This document shows positions 31,382 to 40,327 of a stretch of 48,093 bases of DNA, piece after piece (within the stretch, counting starts at the first letter, position 1; each line of letters begins with the position of its first letter). Position numbers and translations under genes: made by a program. Source of the stretch: Fidelibacterota bacterium (GTDB lineage Bacteria; Fidelibacterota; Marinisomatia; SCGC-AAA003-L08; D37C17); the NCBI GenBank assembly GCA_002707765.1, contig PANV01000004.1:32868-80960 (forward strand). Direction: 5' to 3'. The notes beneath the pieces are model-generated. The model searched no databases. It worked only from the letters and a program-made list of their open reading frames with translations, and was not told where the DNA came from.

Positions 31382-32830
31382 TTAACCAACTGATCCTTCT
31401 AAACTTACTTCCATTAGTTTTTGTGCCTCAACGGCAAATTCCATGGGTAATTTTTTAAAAACACTTTTACAAAATCCATTAATTATCAGTGCAATAGCAT
31501 CTTCTGTATCAATTCCTCTTTGATTACAGTAAAAAAGTTGTTCTTCGCCAATTTTGGAGGTTGTTGCTTCATGCTCTATTTTTGCGGAAGCATTACGAAT
31601 ATCTAAATAAGGGAAAGTATGAGCACCACTTTTTGAACCAATTAATATTGAATCACATTCAGATCTATTCCTAGCATTAATTGCATTTTTCATTACCTTA
31701 ACCTCACCACGATATGTCTGTTGCCCATTGCCAGCAGATATGCCTTTTGAAATAATTGTACTCTTGGTATTGTTACCAATATGAATCATTTTAGTACCTG
31801 TATCTGCTTGCTGAAAATTATTACTTAACGCAACAGAATAAAATTCTCCTATGCTATTGTCACCTTTTAAAACACAACTTGGGTATTTCCATGTTAAAGC
31901 AGAGCCTGTTTCAATTTGAGTCCATGAAATCTTAGATTTATAACCCTTGCATAAGCCTCTTTTTGTAACAAAATTATATATTCCACCCTTACCATCTTTA
32001 TCACCTGGGTACCAATTTTGAACCGTTGAATATTTTATTTCTGCATTGTCTAGCGTCACTAGTTCTACAACGGCAGCATGGAGCTGATTCTCATCTCTCA
32101 TGGGCGCAGTACAACCTTCAAGATAACTTACATATGCTCCTTCATCTGCAATAATTAAAGTTCTTTCAAATTGACCCGTATTAGCAGCATTAATCCTAAA
32201 ATAAGTTGATAATTCCATTGGACACTTTGTCCCTTTAGGAATGTAAACAAAGGACCCATCACTAAAAACTGCTGAATTTAATGCGGCATAGTAATTATCT
32301 GAAATAGGTACTACAGTCCCTAAATATTTTTTTATCAAGTCTGGATGATTTTGTACAGCTTCGGAAAAAGAACAAAATATTACACCAGCTTTTTTTAAGG
32401 TTTCTTTAAATGTTGTTGCAACTGAAACACTATCGAAAACAGCATCTACAGCAACACCTGATAGCATTTTTTGTTCATTTAGTGGTATTCCTAGCTTGTT
32501 ATAAGTTTTAATGAGCTCAGGATCTACTTCATCTAAACTATTTAATTTTTTCTTTTGTTTTGGAGCAGAATAATAACATAAATCTTGAAAATCTATTTTT
32601 GGATATTTTAAGTTGGACCAATTTGGTTCAGACATTTTAAGCCATCTATTATATGCTTTGAGCCTCCATTCAAGAAGCCAATCAGGTTCATTTTTGATAG
32701 CAGAAATTGTTTTAATAATTTCTTCGTTTAAACCATTTGGTATACGTTCTTCTTTAATCTTTGTAGTAAAGCCATATTGATATTCAGAAGATGTGATATC
32801 TTCAATTTGTTGTTTGGTAGATTTACTCAT
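31382..32830 (-). CDS. sufB: Fe-S cluster assembly protein SufB
   Basis: Start chosen at [72 protein letters not shown]. Confidence 0.97.
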   Translation of the reverse strand: MSKSTKQQIEDITSSEYQYGFTTKIKEERIPNGLNEEIIKTISAIKNEPDWLLEWRLKAYNRWLKMSEPNWSNLKYPKIDFQDLCYYSAPKQKKKLNSLDEVDPELIKTYNKLGIPLNEQKMLSGVAVDAVFDSVSVATTFKETLKKAGVIFCSFSEAVQNHPDLIKKYLGTVVPISDNYYAALNSAVFSDGSFVYIPKGTKCPMELSTYFRINAANTGQFERTLIIADEGAYVSYLEGCTAPMRDENQLHAAVVELVTLDNAEIKYSTVQNWYPGDKDGKGGIYNFVTKRGLCKGYKSKISWTQIETGSALTWKYPSCVLKGDNSIGEFYSVALSNNFQQADTGTKMIHIGNNTKSTIISKGISAGNGQQTYRGEVKVMKNAINARNRSECDSILIGSKSGAHTFPYLDIRNASAKIEHEATTSKIGEEQLFYCNQRGIDTEDAIALIINGFCKSVFKKLPMEFAVEAQKLMEVSLEGSVG

Positions 32831-32835
32831 TGTAT

Positions 32836-33186
32836 TTAAGCCGAGAAACTTGTTCCGCAACCGCAGGTTTTATTAGCATTTGGATTATTTAATTTAAATC
32901 CGCCTGATAGTAAATCATCAGAAAAATCAATTTCGGTGCCTCTAACATAAAACCAACTTTTGAGATCACAAATTATTTTTATTCCTTTACTTTCAAAAAT
33001 CTTATCAAATTCTTTTTCTTTATTATCAAAAGTTAAGTTGTACGACATCCCAGAACAACCGCCATTAGTAACGGAAACCCTTAAAAAATAACCTTTTTTA
33101 TCTTCACCACTTAATATTGCACTAACTCTTTTAGCTGCATCGTTTGTAAGAATTATATTTTCATTTATAATTTCTTTATCACTCAT
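32836..33186 (-). CDS. sufA: A-type Fe-S carrier (SufA/IscA/HesB)
   Basis: GGCSG and [21 protein letters not shown] at 33191-33195. Confidence 0.92.
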   Translation of the reverse strand: MSDKEIINENIILTNDAAKRVSAILSGEDKKGYFLRVSVTNGGCSGMSYNLTFDNKEKEFDKIFESKGIKIICDLKSWFYVRGTEIDFSDDLLSGGFKLNNPNANKTCGCGTSFSA

Positions 33187-33201
33187 AATTACTCCATTTT
33201 T

Positions 33202-33219
33202 TGCACGATATGCACGATA
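33202..33219. repeat. 9-bp tandem direct repeat TGCACGATA x2
   Basis: Exact adjacent duplication in the Rrf2-sufA spacer. Confidence 0.6.
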
Positions 33220-33255
33220 ATTTATTAATATTTTTGTTATTTAACACGTAAAAAT

Positions 33256-33651
33256 TTAATTTGTTAAATCGTAAATTTTTATTTTCTTTAATGAATTTCT
33301 AATATTATCATTAATCAAATTCATTGGATTCTTAATATTGCATATATCATATACGTTACAGTCTAAATTTAAATTGCATTTGACTGCACCTATTGGCCCT
33401 TCAATTGATTCAATAAAATCTATTAAATTTATTCTTTCTAAATTCTTATTTAAAGAATATCCTCCATTTGTTCCTCTTATACTATTTAAATAACCACATT
33501 TAGATAATCTTTGTAATATTTTTGCTAATAGTTCTTTAGGAATATTGTACTGCTTGGCTATTTCTTTTGTAGAGCATGATTTATTGCTTTTGCTCTTAAT
33601 ATGCTTTATAGCTATTAATGAATATTCTATTGATTTATTTATATTTAACAT
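33256..33651 (-). CDS. Rrf2-family Fe-S-responsive regulator (IscR/SufR-like)
   Basis: EYSLIAI, IAKQYNIP..LLAKILQRL, SIRGTNGGYSL, IEGPI, and three Cys (C-x5-C-x5-C). First gene of the suf operon. Confidence 0.9.
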   Translation of the reverse strand: MLNINKSIEYSLIAIKHIKSKSNKSCSTKEIAKQYNIPKELLAKILQRLSKCGYLNSIRGTNGGYSLNKNLERINLIDFIESIEGPIGAVKCNLNLDCNVYDICNIKNPMNLINDNIRNSLKKIKIYDLTN

Positions 33652-33674
33652 TATGCGACCAATTTTATCGCATA
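33652..33674. promoter_or_regulatory. Probable Rrf2 operator (11-1-11 inverted repeat)
   Basis: TATGCGACCAA-T-TTTATCGCATA (9/11 symmetric) abuts the start codon of the Rrf2 gene. Confidence 0.7.
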
Positions 33675-33696
33675 TAATATAACTTACCTGGATGAA

Positions 33697-35415
33697 TTAA
33701 TTAAAGGAATTTAAAGCTCTTCTTATTGCTCGAGATAAATCATTATTTTTGCTACTAAAATTATACAAATCATCAAAAATAGATTTAATCCACTTTATTT
33801 TTAAATTACAGTTAGTGACCTGTAAAAATTCAAATTTGAGTAGCCAATCATTAATTCCTTTATTATTAGTATCTAAATATATTTTTTTAAGTTCATTAAT
33901 ATTCAGTTCAGGCTCTGAACTTTCTTTTATTTTTTTAAAAAAATTATTTAAGGTAAAATCAATTTCTTTTTCATTATTTAAATTGAGTTTTTCATATTTT
34001 TTGTTATCTATTGGAACTTTTGAGAAATATTTAGAAGAATCACAAACTCCACCATAAACTGATGTTACTTTTGATCCACAAACTAAGTCAAAGTTTCCCC
34101 ATTCTGGCTCAAATAGAGTTTTATCTCTATATTTCAATGTACAGTTTTCAAAAGTTATAATAATAATTTTTGAATTATTTTTTAAAATCGACATTATTTT
34201 ACCCGACAAGATTATATCATCTTCAAATTCAAGTTTTATAATTTTATTTTTTATTATATTTGATTGTTTTAATTCAATATTTGATAATTTTGAAATAGGT
34301 TTACCAAATTTTTTTAAATTTCCTAAAGGTGAACTATATCCTTCAAAATGGTAATCTGGTCCATGATTATTCAATTGTTTTTTATTGGTCCCTATTTGAG
34401 TTGGGCCATTAAATGATATAAAAATAATTTGTTTTTTTTGATTGGTTATATATTTTTTTAACTTTCCTGAAATATGTATGTTATCATCTAAAACTACTGT
34501 ACACAATGTTTTAGCTTTTTTTGCAATATTTAATCCATATTCTCCACCTATATTGAAAGCCATAGATTTTGCCAATTTCTTTAGTTCTTTTGATAAAAAT
34601 TTATAATTTGGTGTTACAAATAGTTGGGGTTGTTGCTCTGTTATATCATAATCATAATTAATACAATCAATGGAAAAAGGAATTTTTTTAACTTCTTTTT
34701 TTAAACAATTTTCACTTTCTGCAACAGATGATAGTAGTCCAGCTCCATAAATTTTAGGATTATTGATTTCTCCAATTAAACCATATTCGACTGTCCACCA
34801 ATTCATTCTAGCTAATATAGCAGATTCACTAAGATATGTTGTGGAATGGATTGCTTTTTCCAACTTCAAATTTGCTTTTTCAACCTCATTTTTTTTTGCA
34901 TTAATATTTTCTTTAATATCAGATAAATTTCTTATAGCATAATAGACTTCTAAATCTTCTGATGAAATAATTGCTTTTGAAGCAATTTCTCCATAATTAA
35001 TTAAATATTCAGAATAATCTTCATTTGCAATTATTGGTGCATGACCTGCAGCTTCATGAGCTATATCTGGAGAAGGTGTATAAGTTATATTTTTATGACT
35101 TCTCATATCAGCAGCAATAGGTAGAATTTTTAATGATTGAAATTCCATAAATGCATTAGGAGGGATGAATCCTCTAACACACACAGCTCTCCAGCCAAAA
35201 TTAGATAATTTTTTATCTATAGATTCTATTTTGGGTATTTTGTTTAATGTTATACCAGTTTTTTTTAAACCTTCAAAATAAATTTCATCTGCATTTTTTT
35301 TAAAAAAATTAGTAGAAACTTTCATGATAAATCTCCATGTTGCCTGATCAATATATGTGTAACTTTCATAATCTTGATTTACAATGTATTGTTTTAAATG
35401 ATTAGGGATTATCAT
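33697..35415 (-). CDS. phhA: Phenylalanine 4-monooxygenase / aromatic amino acid hydroxylase, long form
   Basis: DQATWR, GFIPP, YTPSPDIAHEAAGH (two Fe His), WWTVEYGL (Fe Glu), YGAGLLSS, YDITEQQPQLFV, plus a C-terminal extension of about 290 aa. Confidence 0.88.
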   Translation of the reverse strand: MIIPNHLKQYIVNQDYESYTYIDQATWRFIMKVSTNFFKKNADEIYFEGLKKTGITLNKIPKIESIDKKLSNFGWRAVCVRGFIPPNAFMEFQSLKILPIAADMRSHKNITYTPSPDIAHEAAGHAPIIANEDYSEYLINYGEIASKAIISSEDLEVYYAIRNLSDIKENINAKKNEVEKANLKLEKAIHSTTYLSESAILARMNWWTVEYGLIGEINNPKIYGAGLLSSVAESENCLKKEVKKIPFSIDCINYDYDITEQQPQLFVTPNYKFLSKELKKLAKSMAFNIGGEYGLNIAKKAKTLCTVVLDDNIHISGKLKKYITNQKKQIIFISFNGPTQIGTNKKQLNNHGPDYHFEGYSSPLGNLKKFGKPISKLSNIELKQSNIIKNKIIKLEFEDDIILSGKIMSILKNNSKIIIITFENCTLKYRDKTLFEPEWGNFDLVCGSKVTSVYGGVCDSSKYFSKVPIDNKKYEKLNLNNEKEIDFTLNNFFKKIKESSEPELNINELKKIYLDTNNKGINDWLLKFEFLQVTNCNLKIKWIKSIFDDLYNFSSKNNDLSRAIRRALNSFN

Positions 35416-35496
35416 ATTTGAAAATTTTTTAATCTATTCATACCCTAAATATATTTAAATTAAGATTAACTTATAATAAAATATTGTAGCCAAAAT

Positions 35497-36354
35497 TTGA
35501 AAAATTCATTTACATTTTTAGCTTTAAAATTTCTAAGTAAAATATTTAAATATTTACCAAGAAAATTATCAATTCAAATAGGATATACTTTAGGAAAATT
35601 AATATATTTAATATTTCCTAAAAGAAAGTTAGTTGCAGCAACCAATCTTAAAATAGCTTTTCCAAATTTAAATCAATTAGAATTAGAAAATTTATTAAAA
35701 AAAACCTACTGTAACTTTTCAATAATGGCTACAGAGTTTCTGAGGCAAAATATGAATTCGTATAAGAATGTTTATATTGATTATGAAACTAAAAAAATAT
35801 TAGAATCAAAATCAGGTATTATATTGATGACAGCACATTTTGGTAACTGGGAATTAATTCCATCAACATTATCTAGAATTAAAAAAATTGCTATTGTCGT
35901 TAAAATTCAAAAAAATTTTGGAGGTGATAAGTTTATTCAAAATCAAAGAAAAATTAATGGTGTAGAACTGATTTCAATGAAAGATTCAAAAACAAAAATG
36001 TTAAATGCTATCATTGATGGAAAAATTTTGGGGTTGGCAAGTGATCAAAATGCAAAGCACAAAGGAACTGATTCATTGTTCTTTAATAAGCAAGTTTCTG
36101 TACCAAAGGGAGCTGGTTATTTTCATTTTAAAACAAACATTCCAATTGTAGTGGGCTTTTGTATAATGAATGACGATTTTTCGTACAATTTTAAATTAAA
36201 GCCATTATTAGTAGATAAAGAAATAAAGGATTTTGATGGTATTTGTAATATGGTTAATAATGAATATTCTAGAATTTTAGAGGAAGAAATAAAACTTCAT
36301 CCTGAACAATATTTTTGGTTTCATAAAAAATGGAATAAAGAAATTTATAAATAA
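35497..36354 (+). CDS. Lipid A late acyltransferase (LpxL/HtrB family), TTG start
   Basis: TNLKIAFP, AHFGNWE, ASDQ, FFNK, HPEQYFWFHKKW. Confidence 0.88.
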   Translation: MKNSFTFLALKFLSKIFKYLPRKLSIQIGYTLGKLIYLIFPKRKLVAATNLKIAFPNLNQLELENLLKKTYCNFSIMATEFLRQNMNSYKNVYIDYETKKILESKSGIILMTAHFGNWELIPSTLSRIKKIAIVVKIQKNFGGDKFIQNQRKINGVELISMKDSKTKMLNAIIDGKILGLASDQNAKHKGTDSLFFNKQVSVPKGAGYFHFKTNIPIVVGFCIMNDDFSYNFKLKPLLVDKEIKDFDGICNMVNNEYSRILEEEIKLHPEQYFWFHKKWNKEIYK

Positions 36355-36442
36355 TTATTAATGACAAATAATACTTAATATCAAAATTTTATAAATTGGT
36401 TAGAATTAAATACTGACTTATTAGATAAGCCTAGAAATAACT

Positions 36443-37444
36443 ATGAAAAATAAGCTACAAGAAGAAATCAACCTTAAAACTAAGCCAATTGGATCTCTTG
36501 GACTACTTGAGAAACTTGCTTTGAAAATTGGAAATATTCAACAAAGCGTATCTCCATCTTTAATTAATCCATCTTTAATTGTATTTTCTGGAGACCATGG
36601 AATTGCTAATGAGGGTGTGAGCGCCTATCCACAAGAAGTCACTCACCAAATGGTGTTTAATTTTATCAATGATGGTGCTGCTATTAATGTTTTTTCAAAG
36701 CAGCATGATATAAGTGTTTACATTGTAGATGCTGGAGTAAATTTTAATTTCAATTATCATGAAAAAATAATAGATAATAAAATTAGTCATGGTACGAAAA
36801 GTTTTTTAAAATCTAAAGCAATGCAATCAGATGAGTATGATCAATGCATTATTAAGGGGAAAACCATTGTAAAAGATATTGCATTGCAGGGTACAAATAT
36901 AATTGGTTTTGGTGAAATGGGAATTGGAAATACATCATCATCATCAATTATTATGAGCTATATTTGTAATTATCCAATAAAAGATTGTGTTGGAAGGGGA
37001 ACAGGTATAAATGATAAACAGTTAAAAAATAAAATTAAAATACTTGAAGAATCAAAGAGTTTTCATGGTAGTTTAAATGATATAGAAGAAATTCTTGCTT
37101 CGTTTGGAGGCTATGAAATGGTTCAGATGTGTGGTGCTATGCTAGAAGCATATAATCAAAATATGATAATACTTGTAGATGGATTTATTGCATCGACCGT
37201 TTTTTTAGCCTCAGCAAAAATAAATCCTGATATAATTGAAAATGCTATTTTTTGTCATTTAAGTGATGAGAAAGCACATGCACTTCTATTAAAGTATTTA
37301 GATGTTGAACCATTACTTAAGCTAGGTCTTAGACTAGGTGAAGGTACAGGATGTGCTTTAGCATTTCCTATAATACAAAGCTCTGTTAATTTCCTTAATG
37401 AAATGGCAAGTTTTGATAGTGCTGGAGTATCAAATAAATCTTAA
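36443..37444 (+). CDS. cobT: Nicotinate-nucleotide--dimethylbenzimidazole phosphoribosyltransferase
   Basis: KTKPIGSLGLLE, GDHG, AYPQEVT, GEMGIGNT, GRGTG, VDGFI, LRLGEGTG, MASF. Confidence 0.96.
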   Translation: MKNKLQEEINLKTKPIGSLGLLEKLALKIGNIQQSVSPSLINPSLIVFSGDHGIANEGVSAYPQEVTHQMVFNFINDGAAINVFSKQHDISVYIVDAGVNFNFNYHEKIIDNKISHGTKSFLKSKAMQSDEYDQCIIKGKTIVKDIALQGTNIIGFGEMGIGNTSSSSIIMSYICNYPIKDCVGRGTGINDKQLKNKIKILEESKSFHGSLNDIEEILASFGGYEMVQMCGAMLEAYNQNMIILVDGFIASTVFLASAKINPDIIENAIFCHLSDEKAHALLLKYLDVEPLLKLGLRLGEGTGCALAFPIIQSSVNFLNEMASFDSAGVSNKS

Positions 37445-37448
37445 TAAT

Positions 37449-38231
37449 ATGAAACAAGAAATCAGATTATTCTTCACAGCCTTAATGTTTTATACTAGAA
37501 TTCCGTGCCCAAGTAATATTGATCATAACGAAGATGCCTTAGATAAAGCAAGTCGATACTTTAGTCTAATTGGCTGGATAGTTGGTGGATTTTCTTTTTT
37601 AATTTTTCATCTAAGCTCCTTTCTATTTGACCAATCTATTGCTGTAATCCTTTCTTTAGCTGCTGGCATATTAATTACAGGTGCATTTCATGAAGATGGA
37701 TTTGCCGATGTTGTGGATGGATTTGGAGGTGGATGGACTAAACAACAAATTTTAGATATTATGAAAGATAGTCGTCTAGGAGCTTTTGGTGCAATTTCAA
37801 TTTCTATTCTTCTGTTATTAAAATATTTGGCTCTTAGTTCTCTATTATTAAGTCCAGAAAAATGGTATTTAAATTTATTAATATTTATTTCATATCATTC
37901 ATTAGCAAGACTAACATCAATTAATATTGTATTTACTTCCAAATATTCAAGGGAAGATGAAAAAAGTAAGGCAAAGCCTATAGCAAAGTCTGTTGGATTA
38001 AATGAAATTTTTGGTGCATTTTTTTTTGGAATGCTACCACTTGCCTTGCTTATTTACCATAATTGGCAGTTTATATTTATAGCCATTCCTCTATTTATAC
38101 TTTATTATCTTTCTAAAAGATATTTTGAAAAATGGCTTCATGGTTATACTGGTGACTGCTTAGGGGCAGTTGAACAGCTAGCAGAATGCATCTGCATATT
38201 GTTTTATTTAGGGCTATGGAAGTACATTTAA
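37449..38231 (+). CDS. cobS: Adenosylcobinamide-GDP ribazoletransferase (cobalamin synthase)
   Basis: Start at MKQEIR. FYTRIP, TGAFHEDGFADVVDGFGGG, IMKDSRLGAFG, GYTGDCLGA. Confidence 0.95.
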   Translation: MKQEIRLFFTALMFYTRIPCPSNIDHNEDALDKASRYFSLIGWIVGGFSFLIFHLSSFLFDQSIAVILSLAAGILITGAFHEDGFADVVDGFGGGWTKQQILDIMKDSRLGAFGAISISILLLLKYLALSSLLLSPEKWYLNLLIFISYHSLARLTSINIVFTSKYSREDEKSKAKPIAKSVGLNEIFGAFFFGMLPLALLIYHNWQFIFIAIPLFILYYLSKRYFEKWLHGYTGDCLGAVEQLAECICILFYLGLWKYI

Positions 38232-38779
38232 TTAGACATACACCCGTTAATATTTCAAAAAATATATGCTATGGAAGATTAGATGTTCCATTATTAGATA
38301 GCTTTAATGATGATATATGGAAAATCAAAAATCAATTATTGAATAAATATGATATTGTCTATAGTAGCCCAGCAAAAAGGTGTATTGCTCTAGCTGAATC
38401 TCTAAAATTTGGTGAGATTATAAAAGATAAAAGATTGCTTGAGATAGACTTTGGAGATTGGGAAGGTATTGAATGGGATCAAATTGATAAAAATCTATTA
38501 AATCATTGGATGGAAGACTTTGTAAATGTTGCACCTACTAATGGAGAATCATTTAATGAAATGTATCTCAGAGTTAGTAATTTTATAGAAACGTTGAGAA
38601 ATAAGGATTTTAATGAAGTATTAATTGTTTCTCATTCTGGAGTGATAAGGTGTTTTTTAGCCTATTTACTAAAATTTCCATTAGATAATTCTTTTAAAAT
38701 ACCAATTGGATTTCATGAGCAATATATATTTAAAATTGATTCAGATCCATTATTGGATTCAATACTTAAGATGAAATAA
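38216..38779 (+). CDS. cobC: Alpha-ribazole-5'-phosphate phosphatase (histidine phosphatase)
   Basis: Start at MEVHLIRHT. CYGRLD, YSSPAKRC, EIDFGDWEG, NGES, SHSGVIR. Follows cobT and cobS. Confidence 0.9.
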   Translation: MEVHLIRHTPVNISKNICYGRLDVPLLDSFNDDIWKIKNQLLNKYDIVYSSPAKRCIALAESLKFGEIIKDKRLLEIDFGDWEGIEWDQIDKNLLNHWMEDFVNVAPTNGESFNEMYLRVSNFIETLRNKDFNEVLIVSHSGVIRCFLAYLLKFPLDNSFKIPIGFHEQYIFKIDSDPLLDSILKMK

Positions 38780-38784
38780 ATTAA

Positions 38785-39624
38785 TTATTTTCTTAGTTTT
38801 TCTCTTATAGGTTTTTCAGTTTCCGTAACAATTTTTTTCCCATCACCTAGAGCTTTATTTAGTTCTTTTATTCCCCTAACAAGCTTAATCAGACCTTGAG
38901 GTTCAACAGAACACATTTGATCTGTACCCCACATAGTTCTATCAAGTGTTATATGACGTTCAATTATAGTGGCACCTAAACATACAGAAGCAATAGTTGT
39001 TGTTAGGCCGAATTCATGGCCACTATATCCTACTTCGCAGTTATATTTATCCTTTAAAGTTTTTATACAATTTAGATTTAATTCATCATTTGGAGCTGGA
39101 TAAGTAGAATTACAGTGAAGTATTGCATATTTAGCTTCAGTATTAACTTTTTTTATTGTATCAACAGCATTATCAATTTCCTCTATAGTGCTCATGCCTG
39201 TAGATATAATTATTTTTTTACCAGTTTTGACAGATTCTTTGATTAATTCTAAATCTGTTAGTAAAGCAGAAGGAATTTTTATGAACGGAATATCATATTG
39301 ATTTAGAAAATCCAAACTATCCAAGTCCCATGGTGAAGCGGACCATTTAATATCTTTTTCTTTGCAATAAATATCAATTTCATCATATTGATTTTGGTTG
39401 AATTCAACCTTATACTTATAATCTAAATATGTCATTCTTCCCCATGGAGTATCTCTCATTATTGTCTTCTGATGTTCAGGTACACAAACATCAGGATTTC
39501 TTTTTTGGAATTTGACAACATCACAGCCAGCTACTTTGGCTATATCGATTAATTTTTTTGCAATGGACATATCCCCATTGTGATTTATTCCAATTTCAGC
39601 TATTATATATATTTCTTTTTTCAT
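38785..39624 (-). CDS. N-acetylneuraminate/nonulosonate synthase (NeuB family), short form without C-terminal SAF domain
   Basis: IIAEIGINHNGD, VKFQKR, SPWD, IKIPSA, ISTGM, LHCNSTYP, GYSGHE, ERHITLDR. Confidence 0.88.
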   Translation of the reverse strand: MKKEIYIIAEIGINHNGDMSIAKKLIDIAKVAGCDVVKFQKRNPDVCVPEHQKTIMRDTPWGRMTYLDYKYKVEFNQNQYDEIDIYCKEKDIKWSASPWDLDSLDFLNQYDIPFIKIPSALLTDLELIKESVKTGKKIIISTGMSTIEEIDNAVDTIKKVNTEAKYAILHCNSTYPAPNDELNLNCIKTLKDKYNCEVGYSGHEFGLTTTIASVCLGATIIERHITLDRTMWGTDQMCSVEPQGLIKLVRGIKELNKALGDGKKIVTETEKPIREKLRK

Positions 39625-39742
39625 TTTAGAATACTCATTAATTAATAAATTGTAGATTATACGTTGGGAATATACAAGTTCTTGTAAAAATTAAGTATAA
39701 CTTTTTTGGAACATAATCAATTAACTTTTGTTTCAGATACAA

Positions 39743-40327
39743 ATGATATTTTCACTTGATAAAATTAAAAATATAAAATTAGCAGCAGATTCAATAAATA
39801 AAGGTAAAATTATTATCTATTCTACTGATACGTTATATGGTTTTGGCGTAGATGCTACCAATGATGAGTGCGTGAAAAAATTAAATGATATTAAAGGTAG
39901 AATGCAGCCATATTCTATTATTGTAAGCTCGTTTGATATGTTAAAAAAATATGCCAAAACTGATAATAAAACTATTCAGAAATTAGAAGAAATTTTACCT
40001 GGACCATTTACGGCAATTTTAAATAAAAATAATTCCAATTTATCAAAATATGTTTCTAATAATTTATCAACGATTGGCATAAGAATTCCTGATTTTAAAC
40101 CTATTCTGAAAGTAGTAGATTTAATAGATAAGCCAATTATAACAACAAGCGTTAATATTCATAATCAAAAATCTTTAAACTCGATTAAAGAAATTCAAAG
40201 ACAATTTCCAGATTTTGATATTTTTAGTAATCATATCCAAAAAAAATCTAAAGGTTCAACTATTATAGATTTTTCTAAATCAGAATATAAAATTTTAAGA
40301 CAAGGAGATGGAGAAGCTAAAATATGA
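39743..40327 (+). CDS. tsaC: L-threonylcarbamoyladenylate synthase (TsaC/Sua5/YrdC)
   Basis: STDTLYG, KGR, LPGPFT, GIRIP, TTSVN, GSTIID, LRQG. Start at ATG 39743 (TTG 39728 is the alternative). Confidence 0.92.
   Translation: MIFSLDKIKNIKLAADSINKGKIIIYSTDTLYGFGVDATNDECVKKLNDIKGRMQPYSIIVSSFDMLKKYAKTDNKTIQKLEEILPGPFTAILNKNNSNLSKYVSNNLSTIGIRIPDFKPILKVVDLIDKPIITTSVNIHNQKSLNSIKEIQRQFPDFDIFSNHIQKKSKGSTIIDFSKSEYKILRQGDGEAKI

Noticed and set aside
33643..33660. ATTTAACA-TTATGCGACC resembles the two arms of a dif site
   Set aside because: The inner arm bases and 6-bp spacer are missing, and the sequence is explained by the Rrf2 start codons plus the operator.
36355..36442. Possible cobalamin riboswitch upstream of cobT
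   Set aside because: Only 88 bp, extremely AT-rich, with no B12-box or GGGAA/GCCACTG elements.
39671..39688. Small palindrome TACAAG-tt-CTTGTA between divergent neuB and tsaC
   Set aside because: Only 6-bp arms, which is within chance expectation without comparative support.
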